NCBI GenBank assembly: GCA_964386905.1
Contig: CAYLUP010000001.1
Location: 19,905-83,904 of the forward strand
Length of the DNA stretch: 64,000 bases
Direction: 5' to 3'
Source: an uncultured Candidatus Saccharibacteria bacterium
Lineage (GTDB): Bacteria; Patescibacteriota; Minisyncoccia; Phycocordibacterales; UBA6899
Shown: positions 30,009 to 39,864 of the stretch, in pieces
Numbering within the stretch: position 1 is the first letter of the stretch
How the letters are laid out: every line of letters begins with the position of its first letter
Made by a program: the position numbers and the translations under genes
Notes under the pieces: model-generated
What the model was told of the DNA's origin: nothing
Seen by the model: only the letters and a program-made list of their open reading frames with translations
The model's database searches: none

Positions 30009-31130
30009 ATGGAATATTTTATTGCTGTTGGGCTCTTTACGCTGATTGTACTCGTCATATTCCTGCTTATACAAAGCAGAAATCCTAGAGATTCAGTTTC
30101 CAAGGAGCTTGAACATTTTGCTTCTGTTCGTGAAGCTGATCGAGCAGCGCTTACATTTCTGCAGCAACAACTTGCTGAGCTAACGAAGCAGATTGATACA
30201 CGTCTCTCAGAGTCACGTCGTGATGTGAGTGATGCGGTGCATCGACAATTTAGTGAATCGCAGAAATTGCTTTCAGAAATTAATGCACAAATGTCAGAGC
30301 GTTTGCTTGCAGTGACACGTGAACAAACAAAAGCAAATGAGGCAGTACAACATTTTGCTCAGATTGGGGATCAACTTGCAAATCTGGAGCGCGTGCTGAC
30401 ACATCAAAAGCAGCGAGGAAACTGGGGAGAGGCTTCACTCGCGCTCATTCTTCAAAATATTTTGCCACCAGATGCATATAAGCTACAGTACGCTGTTGGC
30501 GAAAAAGATGTTGTTGATGCCGCAATTATGACAAAGGATGGTTTTATTCCTGTGGATGCGAAGTTTTCGCTCGATAACTATCAGCGCCTCGCGCAAGAAG
30601 AGAATCAGGATAAGCGCGAGGATCTTGAAAAAGAATTTCGCAATGATCTCAAGAAACGTATCGATGAAACTGCAAAATACATCAATCAAAAAGTAGGGTC
30701 GCTTCCGTTTGCTTTTATGTTTATTCCTGCCGAAGCAATTTACTATGACCTTCTCGTGAATGAAGTTGGTCGCGTGAAAAGTAACACACGAAGCCTGATT
30801 GATTATGCATATCACGAAAAGAAAGTCATTATCGTTTCCCCGACGACCTTTGCAGCATACTTACAGTCTGTCCTCTATGGATTTCGTGCGTTCCAGATCG
30901 AACAAGCGGCTCAGGACATTGGCAAGCGAGTTGAGGAGCTCGGGAAGCACATGAAAGCATATGAGGAGTACTATGCGAAGCTCGGTGCTTCACTGTCGAC
31001 GACTGTGAATCACTATAATGTTGGATATAAAGAACTGGGAAAAATAGATAAGGACGTGCGACGTATTGCAGGTGCAGCTCCGGGCATTGAACCTGTTGTG
31101 CTCGATCGGCCAAATATGGAAGCAGAATAA
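30009..31130 (+). CDS. rmuC: DNA recombination protein RmuC
   Basis: N-terminal TM; KQRGNWGE, PVDAKF, FMFIPAEAIY and VSPTT. Confidence 0.93.
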   Translation: MEYFIAVGLFTLIVLVIFLLIQSRNPRDSVSKELEHFASVREADRAALTFLQQQLAELTKQIDTRLSESRRDVSDAVHRQFSESQKLLSEINAQMSERLLAVTREQTKANEAVQHFAQIGDQLANLERVLTHQKQRGNWGEASLALILQNILPPDAYKLQYAVGEKDVVDAAIMTKDGFIPVDAKFSLDNYQRLAQEENQDKREDLEKEFRNDLKKRIDETAKYINQKVGSLPFAFMFIPAEAIYYDLLVNEVGRVKSNTRSLIDYAYHEKKVIIVSPTTFAAYLQSVLYGFRAFQIEQAAQDIGKRVEELGKHMKAYEEYYAKLGASLSTTVNHYNVGYKELGKIDKDVRRIAGAAPGIEPVVLDRPNMEAE

Positions 31131-31158
31131 AAAAGCCCCACCGAGGTGGGGTTTTGTG

Positions 31159-31548
31159 CTAGACGCCGACGAGGTCGGGTTCCGCACTGAATTGATTGAC
31201 TTCGAACTGGTCGGCGAGGAGCAGCCTCTTCGCCCTGATCGAGATCATGTCCGCTTTCTCTTTGATGGCGCTGACGTCGAGGGGGTCGATAGAGCTGAGT
31301 TCGTTCTTTTCGATCTCCTTCGTCGCCTGTGCGAGCACTTGTTCGATGATGTCGGAGAACTGCTGGTTGGACAGGGTGATTCCCCGGCGCCTCTCGTGCC
31401 TGCTGATGTGGTGAAGGGCTGTTGCGAGGACGTCGGTGCACCCGTCGCGGATGCCGTCTTTGGTCCTTTCGAAGCCCTCCACGGGGAGGGGGACGTGCTT
31501 GCTGACCGCTTCAGCGATCAAGGTCTTTCGCGTATTGTGGGAGAGCAT
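31159..31548 (-). CDS. Hypothetical protein, visibly GC-rich
   Basis: TTGACA/TATAAA promoter and AGAGG SD upstream; ends at terminator AAAGCCCCAC/GTGGGGTTTT. Confidence 0.65.
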   Translation of the reverse strand: MLSHNTRKTLIAEAVSKHVPLPVEGFERTKDGIRDGCTDVLATALHHISRHERRRGITLSNQQFSDIIEQVLAQATKEIEKNELSSIDPLDVSAIKEKADMISIRAKRLLLADQFEVNQFSAEPDLVGV

Positions 31549-31661
31549 AGAGCCTCTTGAAAAAGCAGCACGGCTGCTTTGGGTCCAGTGTTGTTTATAC
31601 CATATGAATAACGTATGTCAATAAAATTCAAAGAGAGATGAAATGTGATATGATGCATGAT

Positions 31662-32273
31662 ATGGATCCCATACATCGACTGGAATATTTCTTTACGCTC
31701 TTTCCTGGAGTTGGGTCGCGCCAGGCGCGGCGTTTTGTCCATTATCTGCTCAAGCAGTCACCACAGCATCTCTCGGAGCTCTCTCGTCTGATTGCTCAAC
31801 TTCCAGACCAGGTTCGGGAGTGCGTCGAATGCCATCGCTATTTTCCGAAGAAGGGTCCGCATACAGAAAAATGTCCTGTCTGCGCTGATCCACTTCGTGA
31901 TCCGACGCAACTGCTGATTGTTGAAAAAGACGCAGATCTTGAGGCGATTGAACGCGCACATACATATACAGGATACTATTATGTTCTTGGAGGAACATTA
32001 GGGATCCTTGAAAAAAATCCAGAAAAGGTTATTCGACTTTCTGCATTAAAACGAAGAGTAGAATCTATGAAGGCGCTCCACGAAGTCATTATTGCGACTG
32101 CTGTGACTCCTGAAAGTGAACATACAGGCGATTTCGTTCGTCTCGCACTTCGAGATATGTGTGTTGAGCGCAATATTCTGATTACTCGTCTTGGTCGAGG
32201 TGTCTCGACAGGGAGTGAAATTGAGTATGCAGATGCTGACACATTGCGGAATGCATTGCTGGGAAGGAAGTAG
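31662..32273 (+). CDS. recR: Recombination mediator RecR
   Basis: HhH FPGVGSRQARR; C4 zinc finger; Toprim IVE...YYVLGG; RLGRG...EIEYAD. Confidence 0.95.
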   Translation: MDPIHRLEYFFTLFPGVGSRQARRFVHYLLKQSPQHLSELSRLIAQLPDQVRECVECHRYFPKKGPHTEKCPVCADPLRDPTQLLIVEKDADLEAIERAHTYTGYYYVLGGTLGILEKNPEKVIRLSALKRRVESMKALHEVIIATAVTPESEHTGDFVRLALRDMCVERNILITRLGRGVSTGSEIEYADADTLRNALLGRK

Positions 32274-32342
32274 GAGGGAGCCGGGATGAGAATGTCTGCA
32301 TGTCACCAAATAAAATGCCGCACCATATTGGTGCGGATGAAA

Positions 32343-32648
32343 CTATGTGGTGATGAGTACAACGCAGAGATGCGCGGCTGCTTCCGCAAGATCATTTTCT
32401 TCGGCGAATGCAGTTGTCTTGCTTGCGCGTGTACCTTCCTTGGTGGTACGTCGGGCTTTTTGAAGCTTCTCTGCTAATGTGTTTGCGGAAAAATGCAAAA
32501 GCACATCGTCGGCTTCAGCAGGAATTGCTGCTGAAAGAATACATGCGCATTTGATTCTGCACGCATGAGTGATGTGTGGTGAATTGAATTGCTCTAAAAC
32601 TACTTTGTAGGCGACATGAAATCGTTCTTCAATGGTGGCAGTGTCCAT
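32343..32648 (-). CDS. Hypothetical protein
   Basis: TTGACA-16-TATAAC promoter; AGAAGG before ATG 32648 (32669 is an alternative). Confidence 0.5.
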   Translation of the reverse strand: MDTATIEERFHVAYKVVLEQFNSPHITHACRIKCACILSAAIPAEADDVLLHFSANTLAEKLQKARRTTKEGTRASKTTAFAEENDLAEAAAHLCVVLITT

Positions 32649-32724
32649 AGAGGCCTTCTGTGCTTTCATAGTTATACAACTCTATAATTCGTTGTCAATC
32701 AAAAACACGGGTTCACCCGTGTTT

Positions 32725-34170
32725 TTAAAATGCATCAAATTCATCATCCCCAGAACCACGAACTGCATGGTAATCACCGTGTTTTTCGTCGATTTCTCTG
32801 AAACTTGTGTGCTTTCCATCGAAGTGAAGCTTGACGACACCTGTCGCACCATTTCTGTGCTTTTCGATAAGAATTTCAGCAATTTGATTACGTTCACCAT
32901 TCTCATCTTGTTCACGATGGATAAACATAACAACGTCTGCATCTTGCTCGATTGAGCCAGAGTCTCGAAGGTCTGAAAGTTTGGGCTTACCACCGCGTTG
33001 TTCAACAGCACGAGAGAGCTGTGAGAGGGCAATAACAGGAACATTGAGGTCTTTTGCAAGCCCCTTGAGAGAGCGTGAGATTTCTGTGACTTGTTGCACC
33101 ATGGAATCCGTCTGTCGCATAGGGGACATGAGCTGGAGATAATCAACAACGAGAAGTTTGACCCCATACTCGCTTACCATGCGTCTTGCGGTCGCACGCA
33201 TGTTCATGATGTTAATACCCGCCTGGTCGTTGATATAAATTGGTGCTTTCGAGAGACGATCGATACCCTCACGGAGATACTCAAACTCGTTTTCGCGCGA
33301 AAGTTTTCCTGTGCGGAGTCTCCATGAGTCAATACGTGATTCTGCAGAAACCATACGATCAATTATTTGCTGAGAGGACATTTCAAGCGAAAAGAGTCCG
33401 ACAGGAATATTGTGTTGCACTGCAGCCCCACGAATCATGTCGAGTGCAAACGATGTTTTACCCATGGAAGGGCGTGCCGCAAGAATGATAAGGTCGGAGG
33501 GTTGAAGTCCAGAGAGCATGCGGTCAATTGACGGAAAGCCAGACGGAACACCACGAAGACCATCTCCTTGTTCACTGATTTTCTCAAAGCGCTCCCATGC
33601 CTGCTGTGTTCCTTCCTTCATGTTGAGGATAGATTGTCCAGGTGTCAGCGCGGTAATTTTGAAGATCGTTGATTCTGCTTCGTCAAGGATTTCCTCTAAA
33701 AGTCGTTCTTCTTGGAATCCAAGCTCTGAGACATGTTCAGCCCCATTAATCAGCTGGCGGAGAACATGTTTTTTGTGAATGATTTCTGCGTAGTGGCGAG
33801 CATTTGCAGATGACGGTACGGCATTGGTAAGTTCAGTGAGGTATGTGTGACCTCCAATTGCATCAAACTGTCCGCGTTCCGAAAGCTTTGCAGACATCGT
33901 GAGGAGATCAATCGGTTCTCGTCGTGCATGAAGATCGAGCATTGCCTGGTAAATAACGCGGTGCTTTTCAGCGTAGAACGCTTCTGGAAGAATAATATCT
34001 GAAACTTCATAGAGCGTGTCTGCGCGAAGCATGAGGGCTCCGAGGAGTGCGCGCTCTGAATCGAGGTGTTGCGGTGGGACACGAAGCGAACTTAAGACTG
34101 GTGATCGCTGGTTTGAATAATCGCGTTTGAGCGAACGGCGCTCATACTGTCCTGTAGGCACTTGCTGCAT
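32725..34170 (-). CDS. dnaB: Replicative DNA helicase
   Basis: PPQHLDSE, AARPSMGKT, FSLEM, VDYLQL, LSQLSR and DLRDSGSIEQDAD. Confidence 0.98.
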   Translation of the reverse strand: MQQVPTGQYERRSLKRDYSNQRSPVLSSLRVPPQHLDSERALLGALMLRADTLYEVSDIILPEAFYAEKHRVIYQAMLDLHARREPIDLLTMSAKLSERGQFDAIGGHTYLTELTNAVPSSANARHYAEIIHKKHVLRQLINGAEHVSELGFQEERLLEEILDEAESTIFKITALTPGQSILNMKEGTQQAWERFEKISEQGDGLRGVPSGFPSIDRMLSGLQPSDLIILAARPSMGKTSFALDMIRGAAVQHNIPVGLFSLEMSSQQIIDRMVSAESRIDSWRLRTGKLSRENEFEYLREGIDRLSKAPIYINDQAGINIMNMRATARRMVSEYGVKLLVVDYLQLMSPMRQTDSMVQQVTEISRSLKGLAKDLNVPVIALSQLSRAVEQRGGKPKLSDLRDSGSIEQDADVVMFIHREQDENGERNQIAEILIEKHRNGATGVVKLHFDGKHTSFREIDEKHGDYHAVRGSGDDEFDAF

Positions 34171-34206
34171 ATAAAGTATCTTGGCATATGACACGACCCC
34201 AATCAA

Positions 34207-34345
34207 TGTGTATAACTGTGGATAGTCCACACGTATTTAAGCCCTATATTTCAGTTTTCCACAGTATTGACGAATGGAAGATTGTGTACGGACTTCCACA
34301 TGTCGGTATTGTGTGTTCGGTAATTCATCCTGATGAATATCCACA
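34207..34345. promoter_or_regulatory. DnaA-box cluster upstream of dnaB
   Basis: TGTGTATAA (34207), TGTGGATAG (34217), TTTTCCACA (34255) and ATATCCACA (34337). Confidence 0.6.
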
Positions 34346-34382
34346 CCACTTGAGTACGTGCGTATGTGGTACAATCGACCCC

Positions 34383-35273
34383 ATGGCAAAGAATACCGTG
34401 CTCATTGCAAAGACAGGGAAGACAACGTATCTTCCGCTTACAGATAAAGAGGAAGATATCGCGCTATTGCTCAGAAAAGTAAAAGCTCCACAATTGAAGG
34501 AGGGTTCTACGAAGTCATTTGACGCGAAGGCGGGCAGTCTCGTTGGGGAAGAGTGGTTCGGAATTGATCTTATTGGTGATGATTTACAGATTATTGCTCC
34601 GTATGTCGATGCTGCGTGTACAAAAATTGACCCCGAGCGTATTGCAAGTGTGGATATGTCTGCAATCAAAGCATTGGCTATTGTTGAAACAACGGGATTG
34701 CCTAGAGAGACTACTATCCATGTCATAAAGACGTCATCTACGCAACGATACGACAGAAAAACTCTTATTGAGTTCGGCGTTCACGGTGTAACGATTGAGG
34801 AACGAACCCATGGTGTGGAGGTTGGTGGAGTGCTGCATGCATATGTTCATCATGGAAAATTGTATTTTCAGAATTTTAATACAGCATCCTCACTCTTCTT
34901 CGGAATTGACAAGTTCTTTCGTGAAGCGACCGACGAAGAGGTGAATGAATTTTGTGGTCTACCACTCTTTCTCCTTGGCGAAGAGTTTGATGCAAATCTG
35001 ATTGGAAAGCGACAGCGGAAGCAAATTGCTCTTTCGCTTCCGTTGATGCCAGACCTACAAAATGATCACATTCGTAAGCAATTGACTGAGTATGCAAAGG
35101 ATTATCTCCCTTTACAAGAAGGTGAACGTATTATTCAAGGAGAGCATTTTGCTTTAAATTCTCCTTCAGATCTTGCATATATTTTTCATATTCTGTATGG
35201 AGACTATTTTACGAACGTAATTACTGGTGAAAAGATGATTGCAAAGAGAAGTGAGAAGTTGGTGGGAAAGTAG
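34383..35273 (+). CDS. KwaB-like (DUF4868-like) protein
   Basis: KLYFQNFNTASSLFFGIDKFFREATDEEVNEF and C-terminal YFTNVITGEKMIA resemble the Kiwa KwaB family (recalled, not searched). Confidence 0.6.
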   Translation: MAKNTVLIAKTGKTTYLPLTDKEEDIALLLRKVKAPQLKEGSTKSFDAKAGSLVGEEWFGIDLIGDDLQIIAPYVDAACTKIDPERIASVDMSAIKALAIVETTGLPRETTIHVIKTSSTQRYDRKTLIEFGVHGVTIEERTHGVEVGGVLHAYVHHGKLYFQNFNTASSLFFGIDKFFREATDEEVNEFCGLPLFLLGEEFDANLIGKRQRKQIALSLPLMPDLQNDHIRKQLTEYAKDYLPLQEGERIIQGEHFALNSPSDLAYIFHILYGDYFTNVITGEKMIAKRSEKLVGK

Positions 35274-35334
35274 AGGGGTGTAGTGATTAGTGAACAGTGA
35301 TAAGTGAATAGAAGAATGCAGTGGTTGGTGGGTA

Positions 35335-35513
35335 GTGGATAGGAAGAAGAGAATAGAGGATAGACAATGGTAAGAAAAGTTTCTCGTTGCAAGTTCCAAG
35401 TTGGACACAAATGCATTGTCATTGCGAAGACGACCTGTACCCGGGTCGTCTGTGGCAATCCAGGACTGCATTTTGTATTACCTTGAACTAAAACTATTTG
35501 GCAATCTAGGACT
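35335..35513 (+). repeat. Dispersed repeat copy 1 with REP/RPE-like palindromic core
   Basis: Core 35409-35466 is 56/58 identical to 40731-40788; GTCATTGCGA...GTGGCAATCC. Confidence 0.85.
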
Positions 35514-35610
35514 GTATCTGTCTATCTCTGTAGCTCAAAACTCATTTCTCATGACTCATATTCCCGTACTTTCTTGCTTTTTTCGCAAAATACGGTATAC
35601 TAACCCCACT

Positions 35611-35916
35611 ATGACATTCGCAGTTATTACCACGGGTGGCAAGCAATATAAGGTTGCAGTAGGTGATGTTCTCAGTGTTGAGAAGCTCGACGCAGAGGGT
35701 TCAGTTACGTTTGACAAGGTATTGCTTGTGGACGACGGTTCTTCAACGAAAGTTGGTACACCGTTTGTCGCAGGTGCACAGGTTACCGCAGACATCGTTG
35801 AGCACGGCAAGGGTCCTAAGATCTATGTCGTTCGCTACATGCCAAAGAGCCGCTGGGCAAAGAAAAACGGTCACCGACAGCCATTTACAAAGATCAAAAT
35901 CACTGGAATCAAATAA
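35611..35916 (+). CDS. rplU: 50S ribosomal protein L21
   Basis: FAVITTGGKQYKV...GHRQPFTKIKI. Confidence 0.98.
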   Translation: MTFAVITTGGKQYKVAVGDVLSVEKLDAEGSVTFDKVLLVDDGSSTKVGTPFVAGAQVTADIVEHGKGPKIYVVRYMPKSRWAKKNGHRQPFTKIKITGIK

Positions 35917-35942
35917 AAAGAAACTGCTTCTGCAGTTTCTTT

Positions 35943-36902
35943 TTATATGCTCCATATATTTCCAAGTAATGACTCAACAGTGATGAATGTCAGCCATGTT
36001 GCCAGAAGAAAAACTGCCTCAGTTTTTGAAATTGTCATCTCTGTCTTCATAAATGTAAATAAGAGGATAGAAGAGATGACCATAAATATTCCTGCGGAGT
36101 AGACAATGCGAAGCGGAAAAGAGAACGGGGAGATGGTTGCGAGAATACCAACAACAATAGTTGCGTCTGCGAGCACTGTTCCGAGAATGTCTCCAATTGC
36201 AAGTGAGTCATCTTTGCCGCGAACGGAATTAATCGCAATCATGAGCTCTGGGAGTGTTGTGCCCAGTCCGACCACGAGGATGCCAAGAAGAAGTGGGCTT
36301 ACTCCAATGAGTTGTGCGAGATCGAGAGTGGAAGTAACAGCAAAATGTGATCCAAAAATAAGGAGTCCCATGCTCACGAGAAAATAGAGAACACTCTTTA
36401 TGCGACTTTCGCGAAGAATTTCATCCGGCGGTGTATCATCAGTGTTATTTCTAAGCGCAGTGTAGTAGAAGATTCCTCCCGCAAGAATAAGAACGAGCCC
36501 TTCGAGGCGAGAGAGATGTCCGTTGAATCCAAGAATGATTGGGACGAGAAGAATGAGTGGGTAGATGACATGATTTTTGATAATCTTTCCTTCTACTTTG
36601 AGCCCTCTTCCTGCAAGAAGAATAACAACTGCAAAAATAAGTGTGAGATCAGCGACGTTTGATCCGAGAAGTGTTGCAAGACCAAGTGACGGGTTCCCTT
36701 CGATAGCAGAGTTAATCGACACCAGTGTTTCCGGAAGAATGGAAATTACGGCGACAACAATGAATCCGACTGTATATTTGGAAAGTTTAAAACTTCGAGC
36801 AATGGTTGCTGCATGTTTTGTCGCACCAGAGGCCCCGCGCACAATCGCTGCAAGCGAGCCGATCAAAAGAAATATTTGAAGAGCAATGATGAAGGAATCC
36901 AT
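35943..36902 (-). CDS. Na+/Ca2+ exchanger family (YrbG-like) antiporter
   Basis: Alpha repeats SILPE...GSN and GTTLPE...GDILGT. Confidence 0.9.
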   Translation of the reverse strand: MDSFIIALQIFLLIGSLAAIVRGASGATKHAATIARSFKLSKYTVGFIVVAVISILPETLVSINSAIEGNPSLGLATLLGSNVADLTLIFAVVILLAGRGLKVEGKIIKNHVIYPLILLVPIILGFNGHLSRLEGLVLILAGGIFYYTALRNNTDDTPPDEILRESRIKSVLYFLVSMGLLIFGSHFAVTSTLDLAQLIGVSPLLLGILVVGLGTTLPELMIAINSVRGKDDSLAIGDILGTVLADATIVVGILATISPFSFPLRIVYSAGIFMVISSILLFTFMKTEMTISKTEAVFLLATWLTFITVESLLGNIWSI

Positions 36903-36904
36903 AA

Positions 36905-37510
36905 TTATTGTTTTGTATTGTGATCTGTAAAAAGTGTTGTGGAAGTGCTGCGGGCAAGAGTTGTAAGTGCTTCTCTGGCACCATGAAGGAGATCGCGGAG
37001 TTCTGTTGGGGCGCTGTCGAGTTTTTGGATGCTCAGGGTGCTGCTGATTGCTTCTGCAATATCATGTGCCTGTTTGAGTGGGAGTGATTGTGTATTGAGT
37101 TGAAGGCGAGCATTCTGGGCGTCAATGAGGCAAATATCAGTAATACGTTGCTCTGTCTTTCCAGTATCAGAACGGAGACGTGACGTAAGAACCTCTACTG
37201 CACGTGGAGCAAACTGGGTTATCTCTTGGGTGGGAGATCGAAGAAGCCGTTTCGTGTCTTTTGTGACATGCTGAAGGTGGAGGTTTATGGTGAGTGTGAT
37301 TGTTTTGTATACGTGAAAGATAAAGATGAGGCCAAGAAATGGGAAGGCAAGAAGAATGCCATAAAAGATCAACTCCTGTCCATCTTTAGGAGAAATATCT
37401 CCAAAACATGCGCCAATAAAAAGTATCCAAAAAATTGCACCGATGATGAGTGCGTTTGTGGATGTTTCAGAAAGGACAATAATTCCAGGTTCCTTCCGGA
37501 GAATCTTCAT
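36905..37510 (-). CDS. Hypothetical membrane protein (2 TM)
   Basis: Two hydrophobic helices; ATG 8 nt after TGATATAAT. Confidence 0.65.
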   Translation of the reverse strand: MKILRKEPGIIVLSETSTNALIIGAIFWILFIGACFGDISPKDGQELIFYGILLAFPFLGLIFIFHVYKTITLTINLHLQHVTKDTKRLLRSPTQEITQFAPRAVEVLTSRLRSDTGKTEQRITDICLIDAQNARLQLNTQSLPLKQAHDIAEAISSTLSIQKLDSAPTELRDLLHGAREALTTLARSTSTTLFTDHNTKQ

Positions 37511-37578
37511 TATGGCCAATTATATCATGAATTTGCTCTGGTCGGACGAGAAAAAGCATACTACAATAGAATATAACT

Positions 37579-38784
37579 ATGGAAGAAAATGGACACCCAG
37601 AAGAGAAGCGGGGAATTACGATGCCCGTTTTTGTTGTATCGATTGTGAGTTTTTTGAATGATGTTGCCTCGGATATGATATATCCTATTGTTCCGATTTT
37701 TTTGACTACCGTTCTTGGTGCACCGGTTACAGTTGTGGGACTCATGGAGGGAATTGCAGAATCAACATCAAGTTTTTTGCGTATCGCATCGGGAGCTGCG
37801 TCAGATAAGCTCCGAAAGCGAAAACCCTTTATCGTGATAGGGTATATGCTTTCTGCGTCGTCGAAATTCTTTTATGCATTTGCGACATCATGGCATTCTG
37901 TACTTGTCGGACGGTTTTCTGACCGTCTCGGAAAAGGAGTCCGTACAGCTGCCCGGGATGCGTATATTGCACAAAATACTGCACCAAGGGATCGTGGAAA
38001 GGCATTTGGCTTTCATCGAGGAATGGACACGCTTGGAGCCGTTGCCGGCCCCTTGATCGGTATTCTTTTATTGCAGTATTTCGGAGAGGATTATCACAAA
38101 ATATTTCTCTTCTCACTAATTCCAACGGCAATTGCCGTTGCATTACTGATTATTTTTCTCAAGGAAAAACCATGGGATATTCCCGAGAAGAATGAGCGCA
38201 CCTCTATCCGCGGTGTCTTGAGGAACTTTCCTAAACCGCTCATTATCTTCCTTGTGATTAATATGATTTTTGCAATTGGAAATAGTTCTGATGCATTTAT
38301 TATTTTGCGTACACAGGGGCTTGGCTTTACGATGATTTCAACGATTCTTGTGTATGCATTGTTTAACTTTACATATGCGAGCTTTTCGGTCCCCGCAGGT
38401 ATTGTTTCAGACAAGATGGGGCCAAGGAATATTCTCGTGCTTGGGTTTATCATCTTTTCTGTAGTCTATCTCCTTTTTGGATATGCGACGACGCCGCTCT
38501 TTATTTGGATATTATTCCCACTCTATGGTGTCTATATGGCACTTACAGATGGAGTGAGTAAGGCTTATATCTCAAATATTGTTCCTGGGGAAGTGCTTGG
38601 AACTGCATATGGTATCTATCAATTTGCGATTGGATTCTGTGCGTTCTTTGCATCACTTATCGCCGGACTTCTCTGGACAAAGGTTGGCGAGCAGGCACCG
38701 TTCATTTTCGGAGGCGTCATGGCTCTCATTGCCGCACTCCTCCTTATTCTTGTTGGTCCGAAAAGGAAGCCTATAACTGAATAG
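37579..38784 (+). CDS. MFS transporter
   Basis: 12 TM; GAASDKLRKRK, DRLGKGVRTAARD and FGFHRGMDTLGA. Confidence 0.93.
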   Translation: MEENGHPEEKRGITMPVFVVSIVSFLNDVASDMIYPIVPIFLTTVLGAPVTVVGLMEGIAESTSSFLRIASGAASDKLRKRKPFIVIGYMLSASSKFFYAFATSWHSVLVGRFSDRLGKGVRTAARDAYIAQNTAPRDRGKAFGFHRGMDTLGAVAGPLIGILLLQYFGEDYHKIFLFSLIPTAIAVALLIIFLKEKPWDIPEKNERTSIRGVLRNFPKPLIIFLVINMIFAIGNSSDAFIILRTQGLGFTMISTILVYALFNFTYASFSVPAGIVSDKMGPRNILVLGFIIFSVVYLLFGYATTPLFIWILFPLYGVYMALTDGVSKAYISNIVPGEVLGTAYGIYQFAIGFCAFFASLIAGLLWTKVGEQAPFIFGGVMALIAALLLILVGPKRKPITE

Positions 38785-38785
38785 T

Positions 38786-39238
38786 ATGAAGTACGTAGAA
38801 TATCTTGCGCAGCTTCCCGAACATTTTTGTCCTTTTTGTGAGGCGGCAGAGAGAGTTATTTCTGAACAGTCACTAAGCTTTCTGACATACGCACGTGCAC
38901 CGTATCAGAAGCATCATCTTCTTGTGGTTCCCAAGCGACATGTCGAACACTTCCTCGATTTGTCACGAGGTGAATTATCTTCTATTGAGTATGGAATACG
39001 CGAAGCCTTCTCTCTTTTGCATGAACTCGGATATCACGACATTTCTGTATTAGTTCGAGATGGGAAAGTGGGGGATGTGCGATCGGTCGCTCATGTGCAT
39101 TATCACGTGATTCCAGAACACCATATTGGAGATTTAGATATTGATGGCAAAGAACGCACTGTTCTTGAAGGGGAAGACATTGTCTTGCTTCTTGATGAGC
39201 TTCGTAAACATCTTCCGAAATACAAAAATCACCTCTAA
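38786..39238 (+). CDS. HIT-family nucleotide hydrolase
   Basis: CPFC, HLLVVPKRH and HVHYHVIP histidine triad. Confidence 0.92.
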   Translation: MKYVEYLAQLPEHFCPFCEAAERVISEQSLSFLTYARAPYQKHHLLVVPKRHVEHFLDLSRGELSSIEYGIREAFSLLHELGYHDISVLVRDGKVGDVRSVAHVHYHVIPEHHIGDLDIDGKERTVLEGEDIVLLLDELRKHLPKYKNHL

Positions 39239-39302
39239 GGGTGATTTTTGTATCATGACCTACTCCTTTATGGTTAGATAAGCATAGTGTTGGGGTAAAA
39301 CA

Positions 39303-39809
39303 TTAGTGTTGAGCGAGTAATTCAATCCGGAGACCTTTTCTGCGCGCATGGCGTAAAACCTCATGAACGTGGTTATTTCTGTTGGTTGTAAATGCAAAGA
39401 CTTCTTCTGCAAGCTCGAGTTCTTTTTTGCGAGTACTGTGTTCCTTATTCACTCTAATGGTTTGCGATTCGTCCAGCTCTACAAAATTCTTTGGGTTCAG
39501 GACCTTGAGGTCCAGTAGAGCTGCCGCAAGACCATCGACAATTTCTGGAGTAATATGGCGGCTATGGTTTAGCCGGTCACGACACCATGCAATATAGCTT
39601 CGCAACTTAGTGGGTAAAATGACTTTTATCCGAGAGCCAGACGGATCAAAACGAAGTGCTTCGGTAATGGCGTAATAGTCAACGCCAGGTGAGCCCCCAG
39701 TTACTATACCAGCTCCATGAAGGAGTACCCATCGTACCGCCGCGCGGACATCTAGTTCTCTCTGCCGCGTTTCGGGTTCCTCGGATCCGGTAAACATGAT
39801 CCATTTCAT
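39303..39809 (-). CDS. SLOG (DprA/LOG-like) superfamily protein, paralog 2
   Basis: MKWIMFTGS...GIVTGGSPGVD...VFAF. Confidence 0.7.
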   Translation of the reverse strand: MKWIMFTGSEEPETRQRELDVRAAVRWVLLHGAGIVTGGSPGVDYYAITEALRFDPSGSRIKVILPTKLRSYIAWCRDRLNHSRHITPEIVDGLAAALLDLKVLNPKNFVELDESQTIRVNKEHSTRKKELELAEEVFAFTTNRNNHVHEVLRHARRKGLRIELLAQH

Positions 39810-39864
39810 AGTATTGTACATTGCACCTCGCACAAAGAGCAATCATCGCACGAAGTGTTCGAGT

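Noticed and set aside
31013-31560. Overlapping ORFs 31013..31441 (-) and 31066..31560 (+)
   Set aside because: Shadow frames of the GC-rich gene; they cross the terminator and lack an RBS.
39134-39270. AAAGGAG SD plus ATG on the minus strand downstream of the SLOG pair
   Set aside because: The ORF runs through the terminator hairpin and antisense to the HIT gene; at most a remnant.
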